Positions 24,861-38,055 are shown, numbered from the whole stretch's first letter. The stretch is DNA of 63,574 nucleotides, filler included, from Octopus bimaculoides (GCF_001194135.2; 5 parts of 5 records of this genome joined end to end with filler, not necessarily neighbours in it), one strand, 5' to 3'. Made by a program: numbers and translations. The notes: generated by a model from the letters alone, not told the origin.

Positions 24861-25215
24861 ATTTGTATACTATTGATAATATATACAATATTGAAAAAGT
24901 TCAGCTCAGAGAAGAGAAGATACATTGAAGAATTGCGAAACTTTTGATTCAACATGATTGGGGGAAGTTATAGATGAGACGAAACACAAAAATCAGCGGT
25001 GCCAAGGCTCCATCAGAATGGGGGAAGTCTTGCTTCAACAAATTTTCACATGATGAATTTTATTTATGCAGATAAAGAATTATTAATTTTATTTTATATC
25101 GTCTTTTATATCGGTTCTTCAATTTTACGATCTTATTTTAGGTGGATAGTGTTTAAGTGTCATCAGCCCTCAGCGGGTGCTTGATTAAGTCTGCCCGGAT
25201 TTACAATTCACACAG

Positions 25216-25258
<43 letters not shown>

Positions 25259-26164
25259 AACTATATCATATGCATGAATATATATATGTGGTGTATGTTG
25301 TGTGTGCGCGCGTAAGTGTATGTTATGTATCTATATATATGTGTGTGTGTGTATGTGCGTATGCATGTATAAGAATATATGTATATATATAGATATTTAT
25401 ATATATATATATATATGAATATATATATGCATACACTTACACACACACACACATACATAAACACACACGCGCACACACACACACACACGCACACACACAC
25501 ACACACACATACATACGCATATCTGTATGTATATATGAATGTATATATGCGTATGTGTGTGCGTATTTGAAACACTTGGGATCAAAATAGAATAAGTATA
25601 TTATCAATAGTGTATATACAAATATAGAACAGAGATATTTCTACAAACTTACTTCAGAAAAACTTCTCTTAAGAGACATTATACGTCTATGCTGATAGAG
25701 AGAGAGAGAGAGAATGAAACGACAAACTGAAAGAATGTTAGTGGCATTCGAAGATGTTTAATGCGAGAGAAAGTGAAAAGAAGTATATTTACATTGACCT
25801 ATAGTAAAACACTTACTAATGGCTGACGTAGTGAATGTTTGATTTCCTCAGCAAAATATAGCCTTCGCTTCGCTTGCTAGTTTAGAGATTCGAAATTCCT
25901 AAATTGATGCACCATAATGTACACGAGGAACCACGCAGTGGGAATGAACCCGGAACCATATGGTTGGTAAGCAAGCTACTTACCACAAAGCCACTCCTGC
26001 GCCTGTCTCTTTTGAATATGAAAATTTAAAAGTTTAANNNNNNNNNNNNNNNNNNNNNNNNNNNNNNNNNNNNNNNNNNNNNNNNNNNNNNNNNNNNNNN
26101 NNNNATATATATATATATATATATATACTTGGAAAAGGATGCGTGGTGTTTGATCATATAATAA

Positions 26165-27010
26165 TATAAATAATATATAACTATATGCATATATACGTAC
26201 ATATATGTACATACCTACATATATATGTATATATACATGCATATATGAGTACAGGACGTCAAAAAAACGTGGACAGAATAAGAGACGAGAACAAGAAAAA
26301 CAAAATCATAGAAAACGAACTTATTTTCGAACAACGAAAACACTAACAAACAGAGAAACGAGACATACAACATAAAGAACATTCCCTTCATCAGTTGTCC
26401 CATGTTTTATCTATTCCGCGTTTCGAATGGTAAAGACAAGACGCGACTTCGTTAAAACAGTCCTTCCCGCAAAGGAAATTAAATAAAATTTAGCATTTCT
26501 TGCGGAGAGTGAAAGTGCTGACAAAAACAGGACAGTGAGAACAAAGCAGTTAAAACAAACGGTGAGGGCTGTTAAGGCAAGACGATGTGAAGTGGTGAAC
26601 GCTTGGAAAAATGAGCTTTGAGAAGAGACAGATAAAAGCACGTCTTGTCTTTAGGAAGGAAGTGGAAGAAAGACAGAATAGCCGTTGGTCACGTGAGAGT
26701 AACGAGAGAGTCAANNNNNNNNNNAGAGTCAAGGAGGAAGAGAGAGAGAGAGAGAGAGGAAACGGTGAAGGAGAGAGGAGAAGAATAGGGAAAAGGGTGG
26801 GAGAAAAAACAGAAAAGAAGAACAAGAAAGGGAGTTTTTATTCGTTGTTCGAAAAAAGCTTCGTTTCCTATGCTTTTGTTTTTGTTCTCGTTTCTCATTC
26901 TGTCCACATTTTTTTGATGTCCCGTACCCATATATGCATGTATATATACATATATATGTAGGTCTGTACATATATGTATGTATATATGCATATATGTATA
27001 TATTATTTAT
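26165..27010. mobile_element. Element with about 175-bp terminal inverted repeats (Penelope-like inverted structure or MITE)
   Basis: 26165-26340 is the reverse complement of 26841-27010, including microsatellite-like flank; CTGATGAAG motif inside. Confidence 0.65.
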
Positions 27011-27315
27011 CATATATATGTATGTATTATTTATATATATATATATATGTATATATGTTTATACAGAGACATGTTTATGCAAACAGGAAAATTAGAACTC
27101 AGTATGTGGATATATGTATATTTTTATAAAATATTTAGCTGAAGTAACAATGTGACTCAAGGTTCGAATGCTTCGTGTGTTTATAAAAATATACGTGTGT
27201 ATATGTGTATATATACATATATGTCTTATATATGTATGTATGTATATTTATATATATATGTATTATGTATATATATATGTGTATATATATATTTATATGT
27301 ATGTATGTATACACA

Positions 27316-27369
<54 letters not shown>

Positions 27370-27439
27370 NNNNNNNNNNNNNNNNNNNNNNNNNNNNNNN
27401 NNNNNNNNNNNNNNNNNNNNNNNNNNNNNNNNNNNNNNN

Positions 27440-27489
<50 letters not shown>

Positions 27490-28369
27490 TATATACATGC
27501 ATACATATAATGAATGTTGTAGTGTTGCAAAGAAGAATGATTTATGATAGAAGGATTAATAGCAAGCAGAGAAGTAAGGATGTAAAGAGACGAAGGTGAT
27601 TGTTGGAGGTCACTTCTGATGATAATGTCAAACAAAGATTTTATGGTCAGAAAGATGATAGTGACCAGAATATTTATATTAATAATGGCTCTGGCTTCAT
27701 GATTGATGGCATGCGATGATTTTGCACGATGACGACGACAGCAACAATAACAATGATGATGACGCTGATAGTAATAATCTCTTGTCATTTAATTTATTCA
27801 TCAAGCTTAAATGCTTGTCTACAAATTTCGGCATATTTTATTTATCTATTTTTATGCCATTGTTCCATTATTCCAAGCCACGCTTTAATATGAAAGACTA
27901 GGCCAACCCGTCAATAACGGAACACATACACGCACACATAATACATATTTACGTACATATGTGCATATGTGTGTTGTGTGTGCGTGTGTATACATATATA
28001 TTCATTTGTTTGAACATGGGTTTGTATTTATGCACATGTGACCACCCTTCCCTTAACCTTTTCGCCCACAGCATCATACGTGATAGGTTCTGAAACCCAA
28101 TAACTAAAGCTGATAGCTTCTCAGTCAGTCACTGGATTAAGCTATGCTTGCAAACTTGACAATAATGGTAGTATTTTACTTTTATTATTATTCATTTTCT
28201 TCTCTATAATACAAAAAAAGTGAAAAAGAAAAAGATAGAAAAATATTTCTACAAAGGCTACATTTCAGCAAATTGTGCGTGTTCTTGAACTAACATTATC
28301 ATCTCAAATGCTAGAAACTGACATTTTTTTTTTTTGTAAAGATGGAACCAAGTGATGAAAGTGTTGACC

Positions 28370-28372
28370 ATT

Positions 28373-28443
<71 letters not shown>

Positions 28444-28454
28444 CATCATCATCA

Positions 28455-28539
<85 letters not shown>

Positions 28540-28853
28540 CATCATCATCATCATCATCATCATTATCATCATCATCATCATCATTATTATTATTATTATT
28601 ATTGCTGTTGTTGATGTTTTTGTCGTTATTTCTATTATTATTTTAAATAACAACAACAATGATAATAATAATAATATTAATAATATTATCATCATCATCA
28701 TCGTCATTATTACTGTCATGATCATCATTCTTATTATCATCCTCCTCATCATGATCATGATCATGATCATCATCATCATCATCATCATGATCGTGATCAT
28801 GATCATGGTCATGATCATCATCATCATCGTTATCATCATTATTACCGTCGTCG

Positions 28854-28907
<54 letters not shown>

Positions 28908-28908
28908 C
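28370..28908. repeat. Compound (ATT)n/(ATC)n trinucleotide array
   Basis: Direct reading; source of poly-I/M/Y/D ORFs. Confidence 0.95.
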
Positions 28909-29446
28909 TGGTATGAGTGTAGCCATTTAAGATTAAAAGCAACTTCTTTCTTTTTGTTCCGACATATTTGATTAAAAACACGACTCGTATAAAAATGTTC
29001 CCAGCTCCATTTTATGGATGTTTCAATATCATATAGCATTATCGTCAGAACGTCTTTCTTTAGAACGATATATTATGTTATGTCCACTTTTTGTTTTTGG
29101 TTTGTTTTTTTTTTTGTAACATTACTTCCAATATTGGTTCCTATTAGTTATAAGAAATGTGCTGATTGGCATGACATTAATTGAAAAAAAATATAATAAT
29201 GTAATATATACGTATGATATTTTTTTGCGGTGGATTGAGACATTCTTGAACACTGGGACGTGGAGGAACATCTACAATTATATCTTTATCTAGACAGTGA
29301 TTTATATTTTATTCGTGAAGATATTTTTATTTTTAATAACGTTGAAAAGATATCTTCTAGTGCTTGTATAATGTGTTTGAAGCATGATCTGTAGTTAGTA
29401 GTTTGTGCTATTCAACATTATAACGTATTTTGTCACCTTCCTTTAT

Positions 29447-29750
29447 GCGTGGCTGTGTGGTAAAGAGCTTGCTTCCCAACCACATAGTTCCGAGTTCAGG
29501 CCCACTGTGTGAAACCTTGGGCGAGTGTCTTCTACTTTAGCCTCAGGCCGACCAGGGTTTTGTCATTGGATTTGAGAGGCAGAAACTAGAAGAAGCCTGT
29601 TGTATATATGTATGTTGTATATATGTATGTTGTATATATGTATGTATCTTTAAAAAGATTTGTACTATAGACAATACATTTGAATAAAAATTCTTCAAGG
29701 TGTCTCCGGCCATGGCCGCAGTCTAATGACTGAAATTAAATAAAATAGAA
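29447..29750 (+). mobile_element. SINE family A (internally deleted)
   Basis: GTGGCTGTGTGGTAAAGAGCTTGCTTCCCAACCAC head; CATGGCCGCAGTCTAATGACTGAAA tail. Confidence 0.75.
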
Positions 29751-30204
29751 AACAAAGATAAAATTTGTTTTGTCATAGAACGGCAGCTATGCAGGGGCAC
29801 CACTTTCAAGGATTTTTTTATATTTGAGTATATAGAGCGTCACCACCACTACCAGTAATTTATCATGTACTTATTTCATCGTTCTCGTTGAATATTAAAT
29901 GCAATGTGAACATTGGCGTAAGAGCAAACAGGTTAGTTGAATTACCATGGTGTTCGAATGCAACGGTTCTCACTTCACGCTAGGATACATATATACATAC
30001 ATACATAAATACATACATACATACATACATACATAATACCTTGTTGTTGATGTTGAAATTCCAATGAAGGAGCCTTGGATCTAGGTTAGAAACCGGCTCT
30101 TTCTCTATTGGCAAGAAATCTTGATATAAAACAGAATAATGACAAATATACATATATAGTATATATATATATGTATGTTTCTGTGTGTATAGATAGATAG
30201 ATAA

Positions 30205-30278
<74 letters not shown>

Positions 30279-30344
30279 CCTTTAAATAAGAAGATAAAAA
30301 TCGTTGAGTTTAATATTCATGTTATTAATGAAAAAAAAAATAAA

Positions 30345-30720
30345 GGAAATTTTAATCATTTACGGATATTAAATATAGACGAGATTCCTGTGACATTTAA
30401 AAACAAAATGAAACTAAATGATAGAATGCAAAGGAGCTAAATCATGAAGAGCTGAACTACACAATTGTTTTAGTACAATGTGTTGATGGTAGAAAACTGC
30501 CTCCTTTTTTAATGTTTAAAATGTGTTTAAACGAAATAATACCATATGGATTTCATATTCGTGTTCATGTGAATGGCTTTAATAGGTCAGGTGGAATGAA
30601 ATTGTGGATAGAGAGTGACCCATGAATATTGGTTGCTTCTTAAAGAAACCCGCCTTTCTAATTTGAGACGAATTTGAAGTTCATAGAATTGAGGTTACTT
30701 GAAAGAAAGTTGAATTTACG
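30345..30720 (+). mobile_element. pogo/Tigger-like transposase fragment
   Basis: ILNIDEIPVTF...HEELNYTIVLVQCVDGRKLPPFLMFK...GMKLWIE...KKPAFLI*DEFEVH, DDE_1-type motifs. Confidence 0.8.
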
Positions 30721-31181
30721 ATCCAGCATACTATACCAAGCCCGCAGGCCACGACGTAGATAAACTTCACTTCGGCATTTTGTCATCGATTGATCTTTAT
30801 ATTTATATATGTATATATAGGTTATATACATTGAAAATTAAATGAATTTCCTCACGCACGCAGCGTGTGTTAAAGCCGTTGGCAAGAAATATAACAGCGA
30901 TTTGTTCAAAATGTTATTATACAACCCAGCAAGGTAGTTTCTACACAATCCTTTCTTTGATTCGCTACAAATAGCAATCAAACCACGATCAAATCATATT
31001 CTATCATCTTTATATTGAGTCAAATTTTACCTGTATTGATATTACTCACATTTGAGGGAGAAAGATAATGTATACAGTATCTTTCTCCAGTGAAAAAGGA
31101 GAATGATATTGGATAATGTCCTAGATTGTCATGTCTTGCTCTCTCGGGACTGGTCAGCAAAAAGCTTAAATCGATCAACTA

Positions 31182-31230
31182 TCAATACTCTGATGGATAC
31201 TTTCCAATGAGATTACGGAAGGCAAGCACA
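31182..31230 (-). CDS. Candidate last coding exon of the secreted-protein gene: (G)VLAFRNLIGKYPSEY*
   Basis: Strong acceptor TTTTATGTTATTTTATATTGTACAG; phase-2 entry matches previous exon; TGA TAG double stop; a GTGAGT donor follows at 31049. Confidence 0.35.
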
Positions 31231-32234
31231 CTGTACAATATAAAATAACATAAAACCGTCACTAGAGGGACTTCAACATTAGTTCCAAGATCCGCAAAGA
31301 ATATCATCCAAATATTCATTGTTCAAATCATTGTTCAAACCAACTTAACTAAGAATACTCTTGACAACTTTATCCCTAATATAGAGTGAAAGCTGCTAAT
31401 TATAATTACGGATGATACTTTTAAAACGTTAACGTTATCAAACTTAATATTTGTTAAATGTTTTCAGCCGATTATTGTCGAAAGGCTTTGTCCCGAAGTA
31501 ATCTACGTAACTACAATAAACAACTTCCACCGTAAGTAAAAAAAATTGAGGAGTCGTGATTAAAACCCCTTGATCATAGGTTTTCCTGTGATCAAAGAGC
31601 TGATCTGAAGCTAAACAACATCCAGATGAAACATCTACTTGGTGGCTTGAAGTTAGATATAGGAGCAAAATCTCCCTCAAATCACATACAATGATCTCGA
31701 GAAAAGATACGTTGAATATTGCTAACGAAGGTATACAAAACCCGAAAAATAAAATAGGGTAATTAGGGAGGAAAAGTATTTTGATCATATATCGAGCCAA
31801 TGGCCAGAGTTGTAGGTGTTCCCTCTACTTTTAGAAATAACAGTGAAATATCTCTCAAAGCATCTCCGTGTTCTAGCATAAGGACAGCACATTATTACAT
31901 AGTATAGTCCTACATATTTCTAAGATAGATGAGATTGTCATGACAGGAATGCATTTTGATCCTAGATCAGCGCACTCAGAGATGATCTGAGACTGAACAA
32001 TGAGAACAACTACACGCAAATGTCGTTGGTTCGTGCCTCATACAGATCACATGCTGGTTATAGGCACAGGAATTATTATGTGGTTAAGAAGCTCGCTTTG
32101 CAACCATGTAGTTTCGGTTTCAGTACCACTGCGTGACGTTTGGATCATTGTTTTTTTTACAATTGACTCCGACTGACTATTGCCTTGTGAGTGAATATGG
32201 TTGACGTAAAACGTGTGAAAATCAAAATCATCGT

Positions 32235-32557
32235 ATCATCATCATCATCATCATCATCATCATCGTTTAACGTCCGCTTTCCATGCTAGCATGGGTTGGA
32301 CGATTTGACTGAGGACTGGTGAAACCGGATGGCAACACCAGGCTCCAATCTAATTTGGCAGAGTTTCTACAGCTGGATGCCCTTCCTAACGCCAACCACT
32401 CAGAGAGTGTAGTGGGTGCTTTTACGTGTCACCCGCACGAAAACGGCCACGCTCGAAATGGTGTCTTTTATGTGCCACCCGCACAAGAGCCAGTTCAGGG
32501 GCACTGGCAACGATCTCGCTCGAAAACCCTACAAAGGCCAGTCAGGCGGTACTGGCA
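32235..32557 (-). mobile_element. RTE 3' UTR copy
   Basis: Near-identical to 3741-4030. Confidence 0.8.
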
Positions 32558-32656
32558 NNNNNNNNNNNNNNNNNNNNNNNNNNNNNNNNNNNNNNNNNNN
32601 NTTAATTAATTAANNNNNNNNNNNNNNNNNNNNNNNNNNNNNNNNNNNNNNNNNNN

Positions 32657-32900
32657 NACACAGAGTGTGACAAGGCTGACCCTTTTGAATTACAGGCACG
32701 ACAGAAACAAGAAGTAAGAGTGAGAGAAAGTTGTGGTGGAAGAGTACAGCAGGATTCACCACCATCCCCTGCGGGAGCCTCGTGGAGCTTTAGGTGTTTT
32801 CGCTCAATAAACACTCACAACACCCGGACTGGGAATCGAAACCGCGATCCTTTGACCGCGAGTCCGCTGCTCTAACCACTGGGCCATTGCGCCTCCACCT
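32657..32900 (-). mobile_element. SINE family B variant
   Basis: tRNA-like head on minus strand; reverse complement of the 45853-46000 type. Confidence 0.7.
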
Positions 32901-33264
32901 CAGTTACAGTACACACACAAGAACAAGCACGCAGTTGACAATATAGCACGAGCGATATGCCCATTATTGATCTGTATNNNNNNNNNNNNNNNNNNNNNNN
33001 NNNNNNNNNNNNNNNNNNNNNNNNNNNNNNNNNNNNNNNNNNNNNNNNNNNNNNNNNNNNNNNNNNNNNNNNNNNNNTGGCCACAGTCAAATGACTGAAA
33101 CAAGTAAAAGAGTAAAAGAGTAAAGACGTTGGGTAAAATTAAAATGAAACAGTTCCAAAAAGAAAAGAAAATCAAATAAGTTATCCAATATGACGAAAAT
33201 TTACTTCCAAGATATTTGCTATTAGATGAAAGATTGTAGCAGGAGAATTAATATGCTTTCTACT

Positions 33265-33460
33265 TTCTAAGGCACAAGGCCTGAAATTTGGTGGGGAGGG
33301 GGCTAGTCGATTACATCGACCCCAGTGCTTCACTTGTGATTATTTTATCGATCCCAAAAGGATGAAAGACAAAGTCGACCTTGGCGGAATTTGAAGTCAT
33401 AACGTGAAGACGGACTAAATACCGCTTAGTATTTTGCTCGGCGTGCTAATGATTCTACCA
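33265..33460 (-). mobile_element. SINE family C
   Basis: Family C motifs. Confidence 0.75.
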
Positions 33461-33527
33461 GAGCAAAAGGAAATTTATCTTCGACCACGTTTTATTTCAC
33501 TTAACAGCATTTACGATTTATAAATAG

Positions 33528-33845
33528 ATGAATTTGTATGAATTAAGAAGTATTTGTCAAAGAGAGAAAGAGAGAGAGGGGAACATAATTCCTTTTGGTG
33601 ACGGGAATAATATTTGGGTGAAGAAATTGAGAGATAAAACAGTAGCACAGCTGTTGATGGGTTGGACCGCCCTGGATGATGCTTTTATGCTGTATAAGCC
33701 TGTACAGGATGTATTAGATCTAGGAGTGGGGACGATAAATTCAAGGGCTGTCCCGGCGGCATACACGCACAAGCTACGCCAATGGGATGAAAACTGCTCT
33801 ATCAAACAGGAAGCTGAAAGCACCCATAACCCCCAGTTACATTAA
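33528..33845 (+). other. Unidentified GC-richer open segment (105-aa ORF; antisense frame also open)
   Basis: Unique-looking non-microsatellite sequence; no family recognised. Confidence 0.2.
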
Positions 33846-34364
33846 GCCATATATCCCCATAATGAGTTGAGTTTTCACCTTTTTATATGATTTCCTCAAT
33901 AAACTCTCAACTTTTCTGGCGGCAATTTTAGGCACGAAAATTAACCTTTCCCGTCAAACTAGTATGTCTTCCACAAGCTGACGTCCGAGATGCTTGCCTC
34001 AATATATCCACTTGTAGTATTGTTGTTTACCAACGTCAACTATTTTTGGTATAAACAGTCAAATATTCGTTATTCGTCAACTAATTTAGTTTTACAACTT
34101 GGACATTCAGGTTCGAAACTCAAGAAAAGTTAACTGCAACGTTGTCTTATATTGATCTGAAGCATATATTGGTCACGAAAAGAAAAGAGAAAAAGAAAAA
34201 AAATGTGTCATGTATGTGTCGTGTGTGCTATTTCTATAGAATTAATTGCTGTAAGTAAATCGAAACAGATTCAAGCAGGAATGGGCGGGGAATAGGTTTA
34301 CCGTGAACTTAGCTAAGAAGTTTGTCCCCAGATCTAGAAATAAAGTGACTTCTTAATTTAGTAG

Positions 34365-34752
34365 GATCAATGGAGAAACGTTACTCGAGAGGGTACGTGG
34401 CTTGGAGATCAGGGAGCTTCTTCAAGCCGAGTCCCTACTTCTCTGCATTGAGAGGTCACAGCTCCGATTCTACGGATATGGGATCAGAATGACGCTGGCT
34501 AGAATCGCAAGGTGGACTCAGCAAACGGAGCCCACCGACAGGTGGTCTACGGGTAGAACAAGGACGAGATGGTTGAATAAAATCCATAGTTTAAGTTGGC
34601 AATTTCTTGGAAATCCTGCCAGAGTGTGTAATGACGCTTACTTCTTGTCGGACCCTATGGAAGAGATGCCTAAGGACTCCGCACTCGCAACCTTCCCAAG
34701 AATAGTGCGCAGAGAAGATGGATGGATGGATGGATGGATGGATGGATGGATG
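34365..34752 (+). mobile_element. RTE/Expander (Rex3-like) LINE 3' end with (GATG)n tail
   Basis: LLCIERSQLRFYG...RM...GRTRTRWLNKI..LSW.FLG. Confidence 0.75.
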
Positions 34753-34932
34753 GGATTTAGTATGGAGTCTTAAAATAATAGAAGGGAAGTAATTGGCCGT
34801 CATAACGTCCAAAACCCTGAGGCGAATTTTCCTGCAGCAAAAATGCTTGCGGCAGACTTTCCGGATACGTATGCAGCCATGTCAGCGCATCACATATTTT
34901 AAATTAAATACAAGACATCAACAAGAACTCAC

Positions 34933-35627
34933 CCGTTAAACGTGGTCGTTCCTACTTTATTAGGAGGTTTTCTTTCTTCCCCTACTANNNNNNNNNNNNN
35001 NNNNNNNNNNNNNNNNNNNNNNNNNNNNNNNNNNNNNNNNNNNNNNNNNNNNNNNNNNNNNNNNNNNNNNNNNNNNNNNNNNNNNNNNNNNNNNNNNNNN
35101 NNNNNNNNNNNNNNNNNNNNNNNNNNNNNNNNNNNNNNNNNNNNNNNNNNNNNNNNNNNNNNNNNNNNNNNNNNNNNNNNNNNNNNNNNNNNNNNNNNNN
35201 NNNNNNNNNNNNNNNNNNNNNNNNNNNNNNNNNNNNNNNNNNNNNNNNNNNNNNNNNNNNNNNNNNNNNNNNNNNNNNNNNNNNNNNNNNNNNNNNNNNN
35301 NNNNNNNNNNNNNNNNNNNNNNNNNNNNNNNNNNNNNNNNNNNNNNNNNNNNNNNNNNNNNNNNNNNNNNNNNNNNNNNNNNNNNNNNNNNNNNNNNNNN
35401 NNNNNNNNNNNNNNNNNNNNNNNNNNNNNNNNNNNNNNNNNNNNNNNNNNNNNNNNNNNNNNNNNNNNNNNNNNNNNNNNNNNNNNNNNNNNNNNNNNNN
35501 NNNNNNNNNNNNNNNNNNNNNNNNNNNNNNNNNNNNNNNNNNNNNNNNNCCATAACTGGAGAATCAGGAAACGGAAGGGTTTCATACTGGAAGGTCGTTT
35601 GGTCTTGGACTTTCACGAGGCTCAACG
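34933..35627 (-). CDS. Candidate exon 2 of the secreted-protein gene (562 N inside): ALSLVKVQDQTTFQYETLPFPDSPVM...VGEERKPPNKVGTTTFNG
   Basis: Very strong acceptor CTTCTCTTCTCTCTAACAG; only phase 1 stays open to the gap; only one frame open before donor GG|GTGAGT. Confidence 0.55.
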
Positions 35628-35684
35628 CTGTTAGAGAGAAGAAGAGAAGGTAGTAAATAAGAATATATATATACATTATTATGA

Positions 35685-35880
35685 TTGACCGTTGACTGAA
35701 CACTATTCAATTTTTTTTCTCCGTGTTTTTCTCCTTGTCTCCGTATTCTTTCTGTTGAAGAGCGTAGCTCGAAACGTCAAAGACTTTCCGTATTCCCGAG
35801 CGTCATACTAATATATACTTTTGTTATTTACACCACCTGTCCTCGTCTGTTGTTATTATTTGTATATTCTCCCATATATA
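35685..35880 (+). mobile_element. Penelope-type short repeat carrying a hammerhead motif
   Basis: Second copy of 6297-6510. Confidence 0.65.
35747..35783 (+). ncRNA. Minimal type I hammerhead ribozyme-like motif
   Basis: TCTTT-CTGTTGA-A-GAGC(GTA)GCTC-GAAA-CG-TC-AAAGA; GUC cleavage triplet. Confidence 0.55.
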
Positions 35881-35979
35881 TATATGTATATATATATACG
35901 AACGTCCGCGCGCGCGAACAAGGAACTCGTGCAAAGTGAGATAAACTCCGGCATATTGCATTACTTACGGTTGAAATAC

Positions 35980-36076
35980 AAAGAAAGAAAGAAAGAAAGA
36001 GAAAAGAAAGGAAGAAGGAAAGGGAGAAAGAAAAAAGAAAGAAAGAAAGAAGAAATACAGAAGAAGGAAGGAAGGA

Positions 36077-36120
<44 letters not shown>

Positions 36121-36250
36121 AGGAAGAAAAGAAGGAAAGAAATAAAGGAACGAACGAACTAAAGGAAAAATGGAAAAGAAAAAGGATGGAAAAAAGAGAA
36201 AAAAGAAAGAAAGAAAGAAAGAAAAATAGAAAGAAAGGGAGGAAGGAAAC
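35980..36250. repeat. (GAAA)n-type purine microsatellite
   Basis: Direct reading. Confidence 0.9.
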
Positions 36251-36781
36251 GTGTATGTAAGTATGTATGCATGTATGTATGCATGTATGAATGTATGTAT
36301 GTATGCATGTATGTATGCATATGTATGTGTGTACGTGTGCATATATGTATACTTACATGTATATGCATACATATATATTTATGCACACACACACACACCT
36401 TCACACACATTCGCGCCCACACACACAGACACACACACATACTGTAACATATTAGTAACACATTCTTGGGTGGATATAAAATTGTGAAATCTTTTACCAA
36501 GATATGAAAAGCAGAATGGAATGCGCGTATGGGATCACCATGTCGCGCACATATGGTTGCGATGCATGTGCCTGGTGTACCCTTATCAAACGGGTAGTCA
36601 TGATGGGTATATTGGGCTTCGTATATCTTACCCCAGTGTCACTTTGATGGCATGCACTGCCACTTCTATTGTGGCTTCATGGAATTGATTGTGTAGTCCT
36701 TTCTTGCACAATTCTTCTTCATGTCCTTTTTGTACTTCTTCCTTTGTTTCCCCTTTTTTCTCTGCTCTCAAAACTCCCTCG

Positions 36782-37029
36782 GGATCTTTTTTAAAACGGG
36801 GGCCACACTTTTCATTAATGTTTTACGTAGTGTTTTTGGTACCGAAAGACTTTCAAACTTCGTATACTTATCTATTTTGTGTTATAGAACAGAAAAATAT
36901 TTTTGTATTCGAATTTATTTCATGTAAAAAATTGTCTTATTTCGATAATTTCAACCAATCACTGACAAGTATTCAGTTGTTTTACATTTACTCCTTTGGC
37001 TGATTAAGCGGTGTAAAGCGTATTTAATC
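36782..37029 (+). mobile_element. Left arm of a TIR element (GGATCT..TTTTAAAACGGGGGCCAC family)
   Basis: Near-identical to 45150-45395; ends in a gap. Confidence 0.75.
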
Positions 37030-37714
37030 NNNNNNNNNNNNNNNNNNNNNNNNNNNNNNNNNNNNNNNNNNNNNNNNNNNNNNNNNNNNNNNNNNNNNNN
37101 NNNNNNNNNNNNNNNNNNNNNNNNNNNNNNNNNNNNNNNNNNNNNNNNNNNNNNNNNNNNNNNNNNNNNNNNNNNNNNNNNNNNNNNNNNNNNNNNNNNN
37201 NNNNNNNNNNNNNNNNNNNNNNNNNNNNNNNNNNNNNNNNNNNNNNNNNNNNNNNNNNNNNNNNNNNNNNNNNNNNNNNNNNNNNNNNNNNNNNNNNNNN
37301 NNNNNNNNNNNNNNNNNNNNNNNNNNNNNNNNNNNNNNNNNNNNNNNNNNNNNNNNNNNNNNNNNNNNNNNNNNNNNNNNNNNNNNNNNNNNNNNNNNNN
37401 NNNNNNNNNNNNNNNNNNNNNNNNNNNNNNNNNNNNNNNNNNNNNNNNNNNNNNNNNNNNNNNNNNNNNNNNNNNNNNNNNNNNNNNNNNNNNNNNNNNN
37501 NNNNNNNNNNNNNNNNNNNNNNNNNNNNNNNNNNNNNNNNNNNNNNNNNNNNNNNNNNNNNNNNNNNNNNNNNNNNNNNNNNNNNNNNNNNNNNNNNNNN
37601 NNNNNNNNNNNNNNNNNNNNNNNNNNNNNNNNNNNNNNNNNNNNNNNNNNNNNNNNNNNNNNNNNNNNNNNNNNNNNNNNNNNNNNNNNNNNNNNNNNNN
37701 NNATTAAGTTATTC

Positions 37715-38055
37715 CGTCCGTCGCTAGGTTCTGAGTTCAAATTCCGCCGAGGCCGACTTAGCCTTTCATCCTTTCAGGTTCGATAAAATGAGTACCAGTT
37801 GAACACTGGGTCGTTCCCAGCTGCCCATGTGGCAAAAATTTGTAATAACAATTATTATCATTAAAGCAGCAAGCTGGCAGAATTGTTAGCATGCCGGACA
37901 AAATACTTCGCGGCCTTTCGTCTGACTTTACGTTCTGAGTTTAAATTCCACCGAGGTCGACTTTGCTTTTCCTCTTTAACGAACAGAGGCGATGTAATCG
38001 ACTTCCACCCCACACCTCAAAATTGCTGGCTTTGTGCCAAAATTAGAAAGAATTA
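37715..38055 (+). mobile_element. SINE family C, two partial copies
   Basis: GTTCTGAGTTCAAATTCCGCCGAGG heads near 37728 and 37932. Confidence 0.75.

Noticed and set aside
26380-26429. Permuted (type II) hammerhead: CATTC-GAAAC...CTGATGA-AGG-GAATG on minus
   Set aside because: No UH after helix III, no stem I, and three extra bases before stem II.
28258-28981. Poly-I/M/Y/D ORFs, plus poly-S/E/L/F and CV/HT/YI ORFs elsewhere
   Set aside because: Translations of microsatellites with no splice or homology support.
31444-31800. 118-aa minus-strand ORF
   Set aside because: Crosses an interspersed repeat (AAATCTCCCTCAAATCAC family); no splice or homology support.
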